DNA of 61,461 nt from Candidatus Methylomirabilales bacterium (lineage in GTDB: Bacteria; Methylomirabilota; Methylomirabilia; Methylomirabilales; CSP1-5): assembly GCA_046758505.1 (NCBI GenBank), contig JBHIAH010000009.1, positions 1-61,461 on the forward strand, given 5' to 3'. A program made the translations under genes and the position numbers. Under the pieces are notes generated by a model that saw only the letters and a list, made by a program, of their open reading frames with translations, did not search any database and had not been told where the DNA came from. Positions 44,849 through 56,169 of the stretch are shown here, in pieces (position 1 is the first letter of the stretch; every line of letters begins with the position of its first letter).

Positions 44849-45433
44849 TCAGAGAGCGAGGGGGCGCAAGAGCGTGAAGCAGATCCCGACCGACAGGGGA
44901 ACGGTGATGTTGTCATCCAGTGGCAGGGGGAGGCATTCGGTGACCGCACCGATCACGGCCCCTCCCAGGGCCACGGCGGGGTGGAAGAAGGGGAGCGTCA
45001 CCAGGAAGGCCGTCATCAGGAAGGCCCCCGTCCCCGACAGGGTCTTCCTCTGGCGCAACCGGTAGCCACCGAGGGCCTGGCCGACGACCGATGCGGCGGT
45101 GTCGCCGCAGGCGAGGACCAGGAGGGCTGCCACAGCGACGGTCCGGTCGAACACCAGAATCGTCACCCAGCAGGACAGCAGGTAATACGTGGCCCCGGTG
45201 GGACGGCTCTCCTCTCCAGGTCGCATCGCTCCGCGAAACCAGCGGAGAAACCAGTGATTCACGGCGGGAACCCACAGGCGCAGGACATCTGCCGCGAGAA
45301 AGGGAAGGCCGAGGCCGCCCAGGATGAGGAGGGCGTGCGGTTTGGTCGGGTCGAGCAACAGGTAGAGGAGAGGAATGAGACCGCCGACGAGGTGAACGAC
45401 CTTGCGAGCCGACTCGACGGATGGAAGCCGCAC
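44849..45433 (-). CDS. CTP-dependent phytol/dolichol/diacylglycerol kinase-like membrane protein
   Basis: RKVVH, GDTAASVVG, KTLSG, DDNITVP. Confidence 0.85.
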   Translation of the reverse strand: MRLPSVESARKVVHLVGGLIPLLYLLLDPTKPHALLILGGLGLPFLAADVLRLWVPAVNHWFLRWFRGAMRPGEESRPTGATYYLLSCWVTILVFDRTVAVAALLVLACGDTAASVVGQALGGYRLRQRKTLSGTGAFLMTAFLVTLPFFHPAVALGGAVIGAVTECLPLPLDDNITVPLSVGICFTLLRPLAL

Positions 45434-45868
45434 TCGTCCCCTCCGTATTCGGAATCGCCGCAACCCTGGTATTACAGGGACTGCCCGTAGCGGATTGTCT
45501 CCACGACCTCTATGATCCTCCGATAGTCCTCGATCACGTGCCGGAGGGCCGGCGTCTCCACAGGACCCGGGGGCTGCTCCATCCCTTGGGGGGCGCCTTC
45601 TCCGCACGGGTCCGCCGGACGAGTACGGATTCGAGGGCCACCGTCCCCGTGAGGGGGCTACAGCCCGTGAAGAGACTCCGGAGCGGATCTTCCCACCGTC
45701 GGAGGTTCAGATCCTCGGTTCGCCGGGCCATCCGGCCCGCCGTCAGCCGCCGGCTCTCCCCATATCATAAGGGGAGTGGGTAGTCAACGTGTTCGCCCAA
45801 GCCGTACGGGACGTTCCCCCCCCGGGTGTGGGCTTGCCGGTGCGGGAAACGGCGTCGCGTGTGGACGG

Positions 45869-47575
45869 TTAATCGAGATAAATCCGGAGGGTACGACCGG
45901 GATGGATGAGGGAGCCGTGCAGGTTGTTCCAGCGCTCGAGGTCATGGGGGTTTACCTGATGGGCGCGGGCAATCTCCCAGAGGTTATCGCCCGGCTTGAC
46001 GATGTACGTGACATACTCCACGGCGGATCCCGCCGTCGTGGGGCGTTTGGTTTTGCGGCGTCTGGCCAGGGTGATGGTTGGCACCGGGACGCTGATGCGG
46101 GTGCCGGCCCGGATCCGGTGAGGGCTCCTCAGCCGGTTCATCTCCATCAGGACCGGCACGGTGGTTCGGTATCGCTGGGCGATGGTGGAAAGGGTCTCCC
46201 CCCGCCGAATCCGGTGCCGGCGCCATGCGACCCGACGCGCCTTCGGAAGCCGCGCGAGGGCCTCGAGGAAGGTGGCTTTGCTTCCGGGGGGAAGGTTCAG
46301 GAGGTAGCCCTTTTGGGGAGGAGTCACGAGACGCCTGAGTTCGGGGTTCAGGTTCCTCAGTTCCTCGGTGCTCACCCTTGCCGCCTTGGCGAGCAGCCGA
46401 AGATCCGTGGGCTGGGGCAGGGTGACCTGATCCACCTGCCACGGCCGCTCCACGGGTGGGATGAAGCCATACCCTTCGGGATCCTTGGCGATAATGGTCA
46501 TTGCCATGAAGGCGGGAACGTAGAACTTGGTCTCTCGCGGGAGCTTGAGCCGCCAGAAATCGGTGGTCTTCTGGCGCTTCATGGCTCGGAGGACTTTTCC
46601 TTCCCCCGCGTTGTATGCGGCGATGGCGAGCGGCCAGGATCCAAAGATGGAATAGAGGTCCGAGAGGTACTCCGCTGCCGCCCTTGTGGCTTTCGCCGGG
46701 TCCCGGCGTTCGTCCACCCACCAGTTTCTCGTCAGGCCGTATTTCCGGGCGGTCCCCCTGATGAACTGCCAGATCCCGACCGCCCTCGCCCGGGAGTAGG
46801 CGTAGAGCTTGAAGCTACTCTCGATATAGGCGAGGTTGATCAGGTCTTGGGGGAGCCCCTTCTCCGCAAAGATCTGGCGCATCAACGGAAGGTATCGCCC
46901 GGAGCGCTCGAGGGCCGCGGCGATCTGATCCCGCTTCGTGGTGGTCAGGAGCTCGACATAGGCGTGCACCTCGGCGTTGATTTCCATGGGGATGTCGTAC
47001 GTTGTCTCCGGTTTCCACGGCGGCGGCACGGCGGGGATCGCCAGTTCGATACCGCTGACATCCTCGGGGCTCACCAACAGGGCTTCCCCTTCCGAGGGGA
47101 TCGCACTCATCGCGCGAATCGCGGCCAACTCATCCGACAGCGCCTCCATCTCGTTGAGCACGTCTTCGCGGCGGCGCCTGGCTTCCGGCGTCAGGGCGGC
47201 CCCGTCGCTGAGCAGAAGAGCCCGCGCCCGCGTAAGCAGGGTCGTCGCCGCAGCGTCGCGGCCTCTTTCCTCCTCGTGTCTGGCCTGTTGGAGCAGCTCC
47301 CGTGCCTCGGTCAGTGGGGGATCGTCTGACGGGCTCTCCTGTGCCTCGAGGGGAGGAGAGGGGAGGAGAGGGGAGGAGGTGGCCACGGTGATTCTGGGTG
47401 GTTGTGGCGGATGGGGTGGCGCATCAGGATCGGTATCGGAGGCCGGGGCGGTCGGGTGAGATTGCTGTTGTGGTGATGCAGTCGGCGGCGAATGCAGAGG
47501 GAGAAGCGTACAGCCTGAGAGGGAAAGAATGGTGGCGATCGCAATGAACCCCGTCAACAAGCGATTACGCTGCAC
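45869..47575 (-). CDS. mltD: MltD-like lytic transglycosylase lipoprotein with LysM domains
   Basis: LSGC lipobox, IESSF, A.GIWQF, AAYNAG, ETKFYVP, LysM repeats. Confidence 0.92.
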   Translation of the reverse strand: MQRNRLLTGFIAIATILSLSGCTLLPLHSPPTASPQQQSHPTAPASDTDPDAPPHPPQPPRITVATSSPLLPSPPLEAQESPSDDPPLTEARELLQQARHEEERGRDAAATTLLTRARALLLSDGAALTPEARRRREDVLNEMEALSDELAAIRAMSAIPSEGEALLVSPEDVSGIELAIPAVPPPWKPETTYDIPMEINAEVHAYVELLTTTKRDQIAAALERSGRYLPLMRQIFAEKGLPQDLINLAYIESSFKLYAYSRARAVGIWQFIRGTARKYGLTRNWWVDERRDPAKATRAAAEYLSDLYSIFGSWPLAIAAYNAGEGKVLRAMKRQKTTDFWRLKLPRETKFYVPAFMAMTIIAKDPEGYGFIPPVERPWQVDQVTLPQPTDLRLLAKAARVSTEELRNLNPELRRLVTPPQKGYLLNLPPGSKATFLEALARLPKARRVAWRRHRIRRGETLSTIAQRYRTTVPVLMEMNRLRSPHRIRAGTRISVPVPTITLARRRKTKRPTTAGSAVEYVTYIVKPGDNLWEIARAHQVNPHDLERWNNLHGSLIHPGRTLRIYLD

Positions 47576-48470
47576 CCGTTCCTCCCCCGAGTTCCGAGCT
47601 AGACGGCACCTCATCGCCCCGGCGCCCAAGGGCTTGCTGGAGGGCGGGAAGGGCGCATTGCGTGGCTTTATACCCTTCTTCCTCGATCATGTCAAGCGCT
47701 TCAAAGGCAAACACCCCGTGCGACTCAATCTCCGCCGAGGTCACATGAACGACGGTCGCCCCCTGCGCCTCGGAGCACTCAATCTCCCGAAGGCTCGACA
47801 GCCGATACATGTCTCGACACACACGCCACACGACCTCTCCCACCTTTCCCTGCCCGCGCCGGAGGGGGGGGCCGAGGTTCACCGCCACAATTACTCGCCC
47901 CCCCCTTTTCACCGCTTCTGAGACCGGGAGGTTGCCGCTCAGACCGCCGTCCAGGTAGTATGCGTTGCCCACGCGCACCGGCGGGTGGGTCGGGACGGCC
48001 GTGCTGGCCAGGATCGCCTCCGCCACCGACTCGGTCGGGTGGTCCCCAAAAACCACCCGCCCCGGTGGAACGAGGCGGGTCGCCGCGACATAGAGGGGAA
48101 GACGGAGTTGGTTAAAGGTCACGCCCTTCAGTTCAAGCATATCTTCGATGAAGCGACGTCGCTCGTCGTACGAGATGAGACGCCACGCATCCAACAGATG
48201 CTTCCCCTTGGCGGAGAGATCACCGTGCATTGTCCGTGCCAAGTTAGAGAGGTGTGCCAGGGCGGCCGCGGTCCCCCCTTCCTTGCAAAACCAGCCGCCG
48301 ATGATCGCACCGATGCTGACGCCTACGACCCGCTCTGGGACCAGCTGGGCCTCCGACAGGGCCCGCCAGACCCCCAAGTGGGCAGCCCCCCGGGCCAAGC
48401 CGCCAGCCAAGATGAGGCTGAACCGGGTGGGGGGGGATGGTCGTGAAGGTGGAAGGCGGGGGGGGTTCAC
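47565..48470 (-). CDS. Patatin-like phospholipase
   Basis: GGLARG, GVSIG, DGG. Confidence 0.88.
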   Translation of the reverse strand: MNPPRLPPSRPSPPTRFSLILAGGLARGAAHLGVWRALSEAQLVPERVVGVSIGAIIGGWFCKEGGTAAALAHLSNLARTMHGDLSAKGKHLLDAWRLISYDERRRFIEDMLELKGVTFNQLRLPLYVAATRLVPPGRVVFGDHPTESVAEAILASTAVPTHPPVRVGNAYYLDGGLSGNLPVSEAVKRGGRVIVAVNLGPPLRRGQGKVGEVVWRVCRDMYRLSSLREIECSEAQGATVVHVTSAEIESHGVFAFEALDMIEEEGYKATQCALPALQQALGRRGDEVPSSSELGGGTGAA

Positions 48471-48817
48471 CGGGACCCGGGGGGGGCGGTGGAGTCATCG
48501 ATCCAGGAGAGGTACTCGGGAAGGCCAGCGGTGATAGGGAAGGAGATGATCTCAGGGACCGTATAGGAGTGAAGGGCTCTCACCAGGGCCTGGAGCTTGG
48601 GGAAGAGATCGGCCCGCCCCTTCCCGATCAGTAACACCTCCGTCTCTTCCTGGACCTTTCCCTCCCACCAGAAGAAGGATCGAACGGCCGGGACCACATT
48701 GACGCAGGCGGCAAGCCGCTCCTCCAGCAGGGACCGCGCGATCCGCTCTCCCTCCTCCGCTGAGGCAGTGGTAATGAAAAAGACGATGTGCGTCACTGGC
48801 CCTTCGCCTTCGCCCAT
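48467..48817 (-). CDS. cutA: Divalent cation tolerance protein CutA
   Basis: ERLAACVN, WWEGKV, HSYTVPEI. Confidence 0.93.
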   Translation of the reverse strand: MGEGEGPVTHIVFFITTASAEEGERIARSLLEERLAACVNVVPAVRSFFWWEGKVQEETEVLLIGKGRADLFPKLQALVRALHSYTVPEIISFPITAGLPEYLSWIDDSTAPPGSR

Positions 48818-48832
48818 AACGGCGTGCACCGC

Positions 48833-49963
48833 TTACTCGGGTTTCTCGACCACAGGGATCGAAAGGGTGAGAGTCTCCTGTTCCCGCCGGATCACCAGCG
48901 AGAGCGTGCTTCCGACGACCGCCTCGGCCACGAGTCGGCGGACCTCCTCGGGTGTCCGGACCTTCTGCTCCCCGACGCCGGTGATCACGTCTCCCGGTTT
49001 CAGCCCGGATCCGGCTCCGGGCCCATTCGGGGCCACGTGGGTGACGAGGATTCCGGTGTCCGGTACGACCTTGAGGGCGCGGGCGACGTCCGCGGTGAGC
49101 GAATGGAGGCCGATCCCCAGCCATCCCCGGACCACCCGTCCGTTCGCAATGAGGTCCCGGGCGATCCGCTTGGCCAGGTTGATCGGAATGGCAAAGCCGA
49201 TCCCCTGTGCCGACGCAACGATGGCGGTGTTGATCCCGACCACCTCTCCCCTGACATTGAGCAGCGGCCCACCGGAGTTGCCGGGATTGATCGAGGCGTC
49301 GGTCTGGATGAAGTTTTCGTAGCCGACGACCCCGAGTTCGGATCGGCCCGTGGCGCTGATGACCCCGACCGTGACTGTGTGATCGAGCCCGAAGGGGTTG
49401 CCGATGGCCAATACCCATTCTCCAACCCGGAGCCGGTCAGAGTTTCCCAGGATCGCTGCCGGGAGGTCTCGATTGCTGTCGACTCGGATGACTGCCAGGT
49501 CGGTCTTGGGGTCCCGCCCCACCACCGTGGCGTTGAGCTCTTCCTTGGTGTTGAGACGCACGGTAATTCGGGCCGGTTCCTTGACCACATGATCGTTGGT
49601 GAGGATGTAGCCCCCTCGGCTGATGATCACCCCGGAGCCCAGGCTGATCCGGGGGTCGCTCGTCTTGGGCCGGGCCGGCAGGGACTTGAAGAATTCGCGA
49701 AAGAAGGGGTCCGGCTGGAGTGGCCGCGGGAGTGGGCCACGCCTTTCCCCCGAGCCCCCTTCGCTTCTGATATTCACGACCGCCGGGGTGGCCAGGACGG
49801 CGGCGTCCGTGAAGGGCGAGACGTTCTTTGTTTTCGAGACGACACGAGGGGGTTGCGGGGGAGAGCGGAAGAGATACCCTGCACTATAGGCTCCCGCCAA
49901 GAAAGAGACGCCAACGATCACGAGGAGGCCCGCTGCCTCCTTCTTCTGTCTCAGGAGCCACAT
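48833..49963 (-). CDS. HtrA/DegP-family serine protease with one PDZ domain
   Basis: GSGVI, TNDHVV, TDLAV, QTDASINPGNSGGP, GWLGI. Confidence 0.95.
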   Translation of the reverse strand: MWLLRQKKEAAGLLVIVGVSFLAGAYSAGYLFRSPPQPPRVVSKTKNVSPFTDAAVLATPAVVNIRSEGGSGERRGPLPRPLQPDPFFREFFKSLPARPKTSDPRISLGSGVIISRGGYILTNDHVVKEPARITVRLNTKEELNATVVGRDPKTDLAVIRVDSNRDLPAAILGNSDRLRVGEWVLAIGNPFGLDHTVTVGVISATGRSELGVVGYENFIQTDASINPGNSGGPLLNVRGEVVGINTAIVASAQGIGFAIPINLAKRIARDLIANGRVVRGWLGIGLHSLTADVARALKVVPDTGILVTHVAPNGPGAGSGLKPGDVITGVGEQKVRTPEEVRRLVAEAVVGSTLSLVIRREQETLTLSIPVVEKPE

Positions 49964-50195
49964 GCCCACCTCACAGGGTCCTCCTACTGTAGAGAAACGG
50001 GCAAAAGCTGTCAAGTTCGTCTCGGCCTGGACGCCGATGCTGATCTCGTTCCGCCTGGAAGGAGGAGGAGGAAGCCGGGTCAGGTCCCCCTGGCGAGTTC
50101 ACTCCAAAGGCGAAGAGTGGCAGATGTGGCCGTGGCGGTCCGGCTAGAAAATTTGAAAACACAATTTAAACAAATAGTTACAGTGTATGTGCAGA

Positions 50196-50225
50196 CTTGA
50201 CAATAATAGACTCAAGTTTTATACT
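50196..50225 (+). promoter_or_regulatory. dnaK promoter overlapped by a HAIR-like HspR operator
   Basis: TTGACA-17-TATACT; CTTGACA-N7-ACTCAAG versus HAIR consensus CTTGAGT-N7-ACTCAAG; hspR lies in the same cluster. Confidence 0.85.
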
Positions 50226-50288
50226 CTACCATGAGTAAGAGTCTGTGGAGCTACGTTCCGGGTACTCTCTATCAAAGGAGGTTCTGAG

Positions 50289-52226
50289 GTGGCAAGGGTT
50301 ATTGGGATTGATCTGGGGACGACGAATTCGGTTGTATCGGTCATGGAAGGGGGGGAGCCGACTGTTATCCCAAATGCGGAGGGGGCGAGACTGACTCCGT
50401 CGGTCGTGGCGTTCACCAAGGACGGGGAGCGACTGGTGGGGCAGGTGGCCAAGCGTCAGGCCATCACGAACCCGGAAAATACGGTCTCTTCCATCAAGCG
50501 GTTCATGGGGCGCCGGTACGAGGAGGTGCTCCACGAGATCAAGCTCGTTCCCTACAAGGTGGTGAAGGGCTCCGGCGGGGATGCCCGGGTGGAGGCCCGG
50601 GAGAAGCAGTATTCACCTCCCGAGATCTCGGCCATGGTCCTGCAGAAGCTCAAGACGGATGCCGAGGCGTACCTGGGGGACAAGGTCACCAAAGCGGTCA
50701 TCACCGTGCCCGCCTACTTCAATGATAGCCAGCGGCAGGCCACCAAGGATGCGGGGGTGATCGCCGGGCTGGAGGTGCTCCGGATAATCAACGAACCGAC
50801 GGCGGCCTCATTGGCCTACGGCCTCGAGAAGAAGAAGGACGAGAAGATTGCCGTCTTCGATTTAGGAGGCGGAACGTTTGACATCTCGATTTTGGAGATC
50901 GGGGAGGGGGTCTTCGAGGTCAAGGCGACCAACGGGGATACCCACCTAGGCGGCGATGACTTCGACCAGCGGATTATCGACTGGATCGTCGCGGAGTTCA
51001 AGAAGGATCAGGGGATCGACCTCAGCAAGGATCGGATGGCGCTCCAGCGCTTGAAAGAGGCGGCGGAGAAGGCCAAGTGTGAACTGTCGACCATTATGGA
51101 GACCGAGATCAATCTCCCCTTCATCACGGCCGATGCCTCGGGACCGAAGCATCTGAGCATGAAGCTCACCCGGGCGAAGTTGGAGCAGCTGGTGGAGGAT
51201 CTCATTGACCGGACCATGGGTCCCGTACGCCAATGCCTGGCGGATGCCAAGCTCCAGTCGGGACAGATCGATGAAGTCATCCTGGTCGGGGGACAGATTC
51301 GGATGCCCCGGGTCCAGCAGGCGGTGAAGGAGCTCTTTGGCAAGGACCCCCACAAGGGGGTCAATCCCGACGAGGTGGTGGCGATCGGGGCCGCGATCCA
51401 AGCCGGGGTGCTGGCCGGTGACGTCCGGGATGTGGTTCTTCTCGATGTAACACCCCTCTCGCTGGGGATCGAGACCCTGGGGAGCGTGATGACGCGACTC
51501 ATCGAGCGGAATACCACGATCCCCACCCAAAAGAGTGAGATCTTCACCACGGCGGCAGATAATCAGACCTCGGTCGAGATCCATGTGCTCCAAGGGGAGC
51601 GGGAGATGGCCCGTGACAACCGCACGTTAGGCCAGTTTCACCTGGTGGGGATTCCGCCGGCGCCCCGGGGGATTCCCCAGATCGAGGTGACCTTCGACAT
51701 CGATGCCAATGGCATTTTGAATGTCGGTGCGAAGGATACGGCGACCGGCAGGGAGCAGAAGATCACGATCACGCATTCGAGCGGCTTGAATAAGGACGAG
51801 ATCGATCGGATGGTGAAGGAGGCCGAGTCGCACGCTGCGGAGGATAAGGAACGTCGGCAGGAGATCGAGGCACGGAACCAGCTCGATACGCTGGTCTATA
51901 CCACGGAAAAGATGGTCAACGAGAACCGGGAAAAGATCCCGGTGGCCGAGGTCTCCAGCATCGACGAGGCACTGCAAGAGGGGAAGAAGGCCCTCGAATC
52001 GGGCAACACGGATCAGATCCGTCAGGCCATCGATCGGATCACCAAGGCCTCGCACAAGATGGCCGAGGCCATGTACCAGCGGGCCCAGAGTCAACAGCAG
52101 ACCCCTGAAGGGCAGGCCGCCGGCGAGCAGGCCGCCGGCGAGCAGGCCGCCGGTGGGGATCGCCCATCCGAGGGTGAGGTCGTGGACGCCGAGTTTGAGG
52201 ACCTCGATGGTGAGAAGAAGAAGTAG
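50289..52226 (+). CDS. dnaK: Chaperone DnaK
   Basis: [24 protein letters not shown]-terminus. Confidence 0.99.
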   Translation: MARVIGIDLGTTNSVVSVMEGGEPTVIPNAEGARLTPSVVAFTKDGERLVGQVAKRQAITNPENTVSSIKRFMGRRYEEVLHEIKLVPYKVVKGSGGDARVEAREKQYSPPEISAMVLQKLKTDAEAYLGDKVTKAVITVPAYFNDSQRQATKDAGVIAGLEVLRIINEPTAASLAYGLEKKKDEKIAVFDLGGGTFDISILEIGEGVFEVKATNGDTHLGGDDFDQRIIDWIVAEFKKDQGIDLSKDRMALQRLKEAAEKAKCELSTIMETEINLPFITADASGPKHLSMKLTRAKLEQLVEDLIDRTMGPVRQCLADAKLQSGQIDEVILVGGQIRMPRVQQAVKELFGKDPHKGVNPDEVVAIGAAIQAGVLAGDVRDVVLLDVTPLSLGIETLGSVMTRLIERNTTIPTQKSEIFTTAADNQTSVEIHVLQGEREMARDNRTLGQFHLVGIPPAPRGIPQIEVTFDIDANGILNVGAKDTATGREQKITITHSSGLNKDEIDRMVKEAESHAAEDKERRQEIEARNQLDTLVYTTEKMVNENREKIPVAEVSSIDEALQEGKKALESGNTDQIRQAIDRITKASHKMAEAMYQRAQSQQQTPEGQAAGEQAAGEQAAGGDRPSEGEVVDAEFEDLDGEKKK

Positions 52227-52271
52227 CAGGGAGCACTGAGCGGGAGGTACGGAGGAAGGAGGGAATCGGCA

Positions 52272-52721
52272 ATGGCAATTGTGCGGTGGGATCCGTTTCA
52301 GGACTTGGTCTCGCTCCAGGACCGGATGAACCGGTTCTTCGAGCAGACGATGGCCCGCTCCCGGGGAGATCGGGAGGGGGTCGTGGCCGGCACCTGGGCC
52401 CCTGCCGTGGACATCTACGAGACGGCCGATAGTGTCGTGCTGAAGGCGGAACTCCCCGGTCTGACCAAGGATGATATTGACATGCAGGTTCGGGACAACA
52501 TCTTGACCCTCAAGGGAGAGCGGCGTTTGGAGAAGGAGGTCAAGGAGGAGAACTACCTTCGGGTGGAGCGCGCCTACGGGAATTTCCAGCGGGCCTTCAC
52601 CATACCGGCTGCCGTGCAGGCCGACAAGATCCGGGCCGTATTCAAAGATGGGATCTTGGAAGTGAACATCCCCAAGGCGGAGGAGGCCAAGCCGAAGCAG
52701 ATCAAGATCGAGGTGAAGTGA
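52272..52721 (+). CDS. Hsp20/alpha-crystallin small heat shock protein
   Basis: WDPF, AELPG, ERAYGNFQR, DGILEV. Confidence 0.95.
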   Translation: MAIVRWDPFQDLVSLQDRMNRFFEQTMARSRGDREGVVAGTWAPAVDIYETADSVVLKAELPGLTKDDIDMQVRDNILTLKGERRLEKEVKEENYLRVERAYGNFQRAFTIPAAVQADKIRAVFKDGILEVNIPKAEEAKPKQIKIEVK

Positions 52722-52941
52722 TTCACCGTCCACCGTCCGACGTCGGGCACCGACGGGGCGTCTGTGGTGCGGGTGGTGCGATGGCGAACACGGATGGGGG
52801 GTGCGCGGTCCGTGTTGCCAGAGCGGCGGCGCAGCCGGGAGCCGTCGCGGTGGAGGCTGCCGAAGCGATGGCGAGATCGCAGGGCCCATGACCTCGACAG
52901 AGAGGGAATGGGTCCGTGTCTCCTTTCACGGGTAGGTGGCG

Positions 52942-54051
52942 ATGGCCAAACGGGACTACTATGAGGTTCTCGGGGTTCCTCGCAGCGCCTCGGAGCGGGA
53001 GATCAAGCGAACGTATCGAAAGCTCGCTCGAAAGTATCATCCCGATGTCAACCCGGGAGATGCAAAAGCGGAGGCAAGGTTCAAGGAGATTACCGAGGCG
53101 TACGAGGTCCTGAGTCATCCAGCCAAGCGCCGACAGTACGATCAGTTCGGCCATCAGCCGTTTGCCTCGGCAGCCTCGGAGGGGGCCGGTCCGGGATTCG
53201 GGTTCGACTTTGGCCCCTTCACCGGGTTTACCCGGCACGGCTTCGGCGGGATGGGGGATATCTTTTCGGATCTCTTTGGCGGCCGGCCAGGGGCAGCTAC
53301 GGATCCTCAGAAAGGCGAGGACCTGCACTACTCCATCGACCTGGACTTTGAGGACGCGATTCGGGGACTCTCGACGGAGATCACCCTGCAAAAGCGTTCG
53401 ACCTGTGAGGTCTGTCGGGGAAGCGGCGCGGCGCCCGGGTCCGCCCCCCAGTCCTGTCCCGACTGCGGGGGGAGCGGACACCAACAGATCTCTCGGGGGA
53501 TCCTGAGTACGATATCTCCCTGCCCCCGGTGTCGGGGAAGCGGGAAGGTAGTCGTGAAACCCTGTGGAACGTGTGGCGGCAGGGGGACGGTCTATCGCAC
53601 CGAACGGCTCAAGGTCAAGGTCCCGCCCGGCGTGGACACCGGCGCGCGCATTCGCCTCGCCGGCAAGGGGGAGCCGGGGCTGCACGGGGGACCGCCCGGG
53701 GATCTGTACGTGATCACCCGGGTTCACCCCCATCCGTTCTTTGAGCGGAAGGGAGATAACATCTACTGTGCCATTCCCGTCACCATTACGGAGGCGGCGC
53801 TCGGGGCGCGGGTCGAGGTGCCCACGGTGGACGGAATGGCCACCATGGCGATTCCTCCCGGAACCTCGAGTGGCCGGGTCTTCCGGTTGAGAGAAAAAGG
53901 CGTGCCGCGTCTCAAGGGTGGTGGACGGGGGGATCAGTACGTGACCGTGAAGGTCATCGTTCCCCAGAATCTGGATGACCGGTCTCAGCAGCTCCTGCGG
54001 GAGTTCGCCCGGTTGAATCCGATGGACCCCAGGGGAGACCTGAAGACTTAG
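52942..54051 (+). CDS. dnaJ: Chaperone DnaJ
   Basis: HPD J-domain, G/F-rich region, four CxxCxGxG repeats. Confidence 0.97.
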   Translation: MAKRDYYEVLGVPRSASEREIKRTYRKLARKYHPDVNPGDAKAEARFKEITEAYEVLSHPAKRRQYDQFGHQPFASAASEGAGPGFGFDFGPFTGFTRHGFGGMGDIFSDLFGGRPGAATDPQKGEDLHYSIDLDFEDAIRGLSTEITLQKRSTCEVCRGSGAAPGSAPQSCPDCGGSGHQQISRGILSTISPCPRCRGSGKVVVKPCGTCGGRGTVYRTERLKVKVPPGVDTGARIRLAGKGEPGLHGGPPGDLYVITRVHPHPFFERKGDNIYCAIPVTITEAALGARVEVPTVDGMATMAIPPGTSSGRVFRLREKGVPRLKGGGRGDQYVTVKVIVPQNLDDRSQQLLREFARLNPMDPRGDLKT

Positions 54052-54130
54052 GGAAGCGGTCAGCAGTCGGCGGGGCCACGGAAGGGCCCGAGGGAGCGTA
54101 CGGGGCGGGGCCCGGGACGGTCCGGAGGGA

Positions 54131-54541
54131 GTGGCGGATATGCCGAAAAAAAGAACGAAGCCGCTCTACATGATCAGCGTGGTGGCGGAGATGTTTCATA
54201 TCCACCCCCAGACCCTCAGGACGTACGAGCGGGAGGGGCTGATCCGGCCTGCGAGGTCGCAGGGAAACACCCGCCTCTACTCCCAGGAAGATGTGGAGCG
54301 GATCGAGCTTATCCTGCGCCTGACCAATGACCTCGGGGTCAATCTGGCAGGGGTCGAGGTGATCCTCAACATGCGGGAGCGCATGGACCAGGTCCGCCGG
54401 GAGATGGCAGAAGCCTTCGAGGCAATGCTTCGGGCCGTGGGGGAGGAGTTGGTCCATCGCCGGCAGGGCCCGGGCCTGGTCCCGGTGGGGCGGCGGGGTT
54501 TGAGCCGGCGGACCCCGCCTCAGCGAGGGGAATCCCCTTGA
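54131..54541 (+). CDS. hspR: MerR-family heat shock repressor HspR
   Basis: ISVVAE...HPQTLR.YER.GL..P.RS.GNTRLYS, GVNLAG. Confidence 0.92.
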   Translation: MADMPKKRTKPLYMISVVAEMFHIHPQTLRTYEREGLIRPARSQGNTRLYSQEDVERIELILRLTNDLGVNLAGVEVILNMRERMDQVRREMAEAFEAMLRAVGEELVHRRQGPGLVPVGRRGLSRRTPPQRGESP

Positions 54542-54616
54542 CACGCTCGGCATGGTGCTCTACGGTGCTGAGTGTTGGAAAAATGCACGAGAGAAATCGA
54601 AGGAGATATAAAGGCC

Positions 54617-55468
54617 ATGGGAAATGCCATTAAGACGACACTCCTTTTGGGGGCGATGACGGGTCTGCTGGTCCTCTTCGGGGATTACTTTGGGGGGACG
54701 CAGGGGATGGTGATTGCGTTCCTGTTCGCCCTCCTCATGAATTTCGGGTCCTACTGGTTTTCCGACACGATTGTCCTGAAGATGTACCGGGCGCAGAAGG
54801 TGACCGAGGCGGAGGCCCCGGAACTGGTGAGCATCGTCCGATCCCTCAGTCAGCGGGCGCACCTTCCCATGCCGAGCGTCTACATCGTTCCTGCCCAGGC
54901 CCCGAATGCTTTCGCCACGGGTCGGAACCCGCAGCGTGCCGCCGTAGCGGTGACCGAAGGGATCCTGCGGGTCATGAACCGCGATCAACTGGAGGGGGTC
55001 CTGGCCCACGAGCTGGGCCATGTCAAGAACCGGGACACGCTGATCAGCGCTGTGGCTGCCACACTGGCCGGGGTGATCATGATGCTGGCGTATATGGCCC
55101 GGTGGGCCGCCATTTTCGGGGGACTGGGTGGTCGGGACTCAGAGGACGAGGGGGGTGGTATCCTGGGTCTCCTGGCCATGTCTCTCTTGGCCCCCATTGC
55201 CGCCCTCGTCATTCAGATGGCCATCTCCCGTACCCGGGAGTTTCAGGCCGATGCGACGGCTGCACGAGTCACCAAGAATCCCCACGGGTTGGCCTCGGCC
55301 CTCGAGCGGCTCCAGGCGGCCGCCGAACGGGTCCCGTTGAACGCCAATCCGGCCACGTCCCATCTCTTTATCGTCAATCCGCTCTCGGGGAGGTCCCTCT
55401 TTCGGTTCTTCTCCACGCATCCTCCCATCGAGGAGCGCGTGAAGCGCCTCCGCGCCATGCGGGTCTAG
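54617..55468 (+). CDS. htpX: Zinc metalloprotease HtpX
   Basis: PNAFATG, HELGH, SR.RE..AD, FSTHPP. Confidence 0.96.
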   Translation: MGNAIKTTLLLGAMTGLLVLFGDYFGGTQGMVIAFLFALLMNFGSYWFSDTIVLKMYRAQKVTEAEAPELVSIVRSLSQRAHLPMPSVYIVPAQAPNAFATGRNPQRAAVAVTEGILRVMNRDQLEGVLAHELGHVKNRDTLISAVAATLAGVIMMLAYMARWAAIFGGLGGRDSEDEGGGILGLLAMSLLAPIAALVIQMAISRTREFQADATAARVTKNPHGLASALERLQAAAERVPLNANPATSHLFIVNPLSGRSLFRFFSTHPPIEERVKRLRAMRV

Positions 55469-55474
55469 GAGGCG

Positions 55475-56143
55475 TTGCCGGTGGACCCCTCAAGGCAGAG
55501 CGAACGGGCGGGCAACGCGAGGAGGTCGTCTCGCGTGTCGTGGCTCCTGCCCATCCTGTCAGGAGTTCTCCTGAGCGGGTGTGCGTTGTTCGCCTCTGCC
55601 CCGCCGGAGCACGTGAGCCTCCGTCCGGCGCCCTCCCGTCTCCCGACGTACACGGTCAGCGGTCACACCATCATTGCGACCCCCGGGCCGATCAGCGTTG
55701 CGGTGCGGCCTGTGGGCCCCGAAGATGTGCACCGGTATTTCCGCAGGCGACCCACCAGGGTGAATCCCTTGCGAGAGCTCGGGGAGAGCGTGACCCCTTT
55801 CTTTGTTCGGATCGAGAACCGATCCAAGGACCACGTGACGTTTGATCCGGCCCTGACGGTCCTGAAGGATCAGGAGAACCGGAGCACCGCTGCCTGGGAT
55901 GCGGCCGACCTCTACCAGATGTTTGCCGATACGCCCGCCCTGCTACGGGCTGCCCAGGGAGCGGTCTTTGCCCGGTATCTCGTGATTCGGGCCGAGCAGA
56001 GCCGCGAAGGGCTCGTGGTTTTTCCGGCCTTTCGCAAAGATGCCAAGGCTGTCTTTCTTCAATTTACCTCCCTGTACGCGGGCTCCATGCCCTTTCCCCT
56101 CATCTTCGAGTTCATCGTGGTTCCCCAGGTGCCGAAGAACTAA
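55475..56143 (+). CDS. Hypothetical lipoprotein
   Basis: LLSGC lipobox; beta-rich domain. Confidence 0.7.
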   Translation: MPVDPSRQSERAGNARRSSRVSWLLPILSGVLLSGCALFASAPPEHVSLRPAPSRLPTYTVSGHTIIATPGPISVAVRPVGPEDVHRYFRRRPTRVNPLRELGESVTPFFVRIENRSKDHVTFDPALTVLKDQENRSTAAWDAADLYQMFADTPALLRAAQGAVFARYLVIRAEQSREGLVVFPAFRKDAKAVFLQFTSLYAGSMPFPLIFEFIVVPQVPKN

Positions 56144-56169
56144 ATCCCTCTGCGTGACGCGAGGATCCT

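Noticed and set aside
52111..52155. 15-bp triple repeat in dnaK (GEQAA units)
   Set aside because: Ordinary low-complexity expansion in the disordered DnaK tail.
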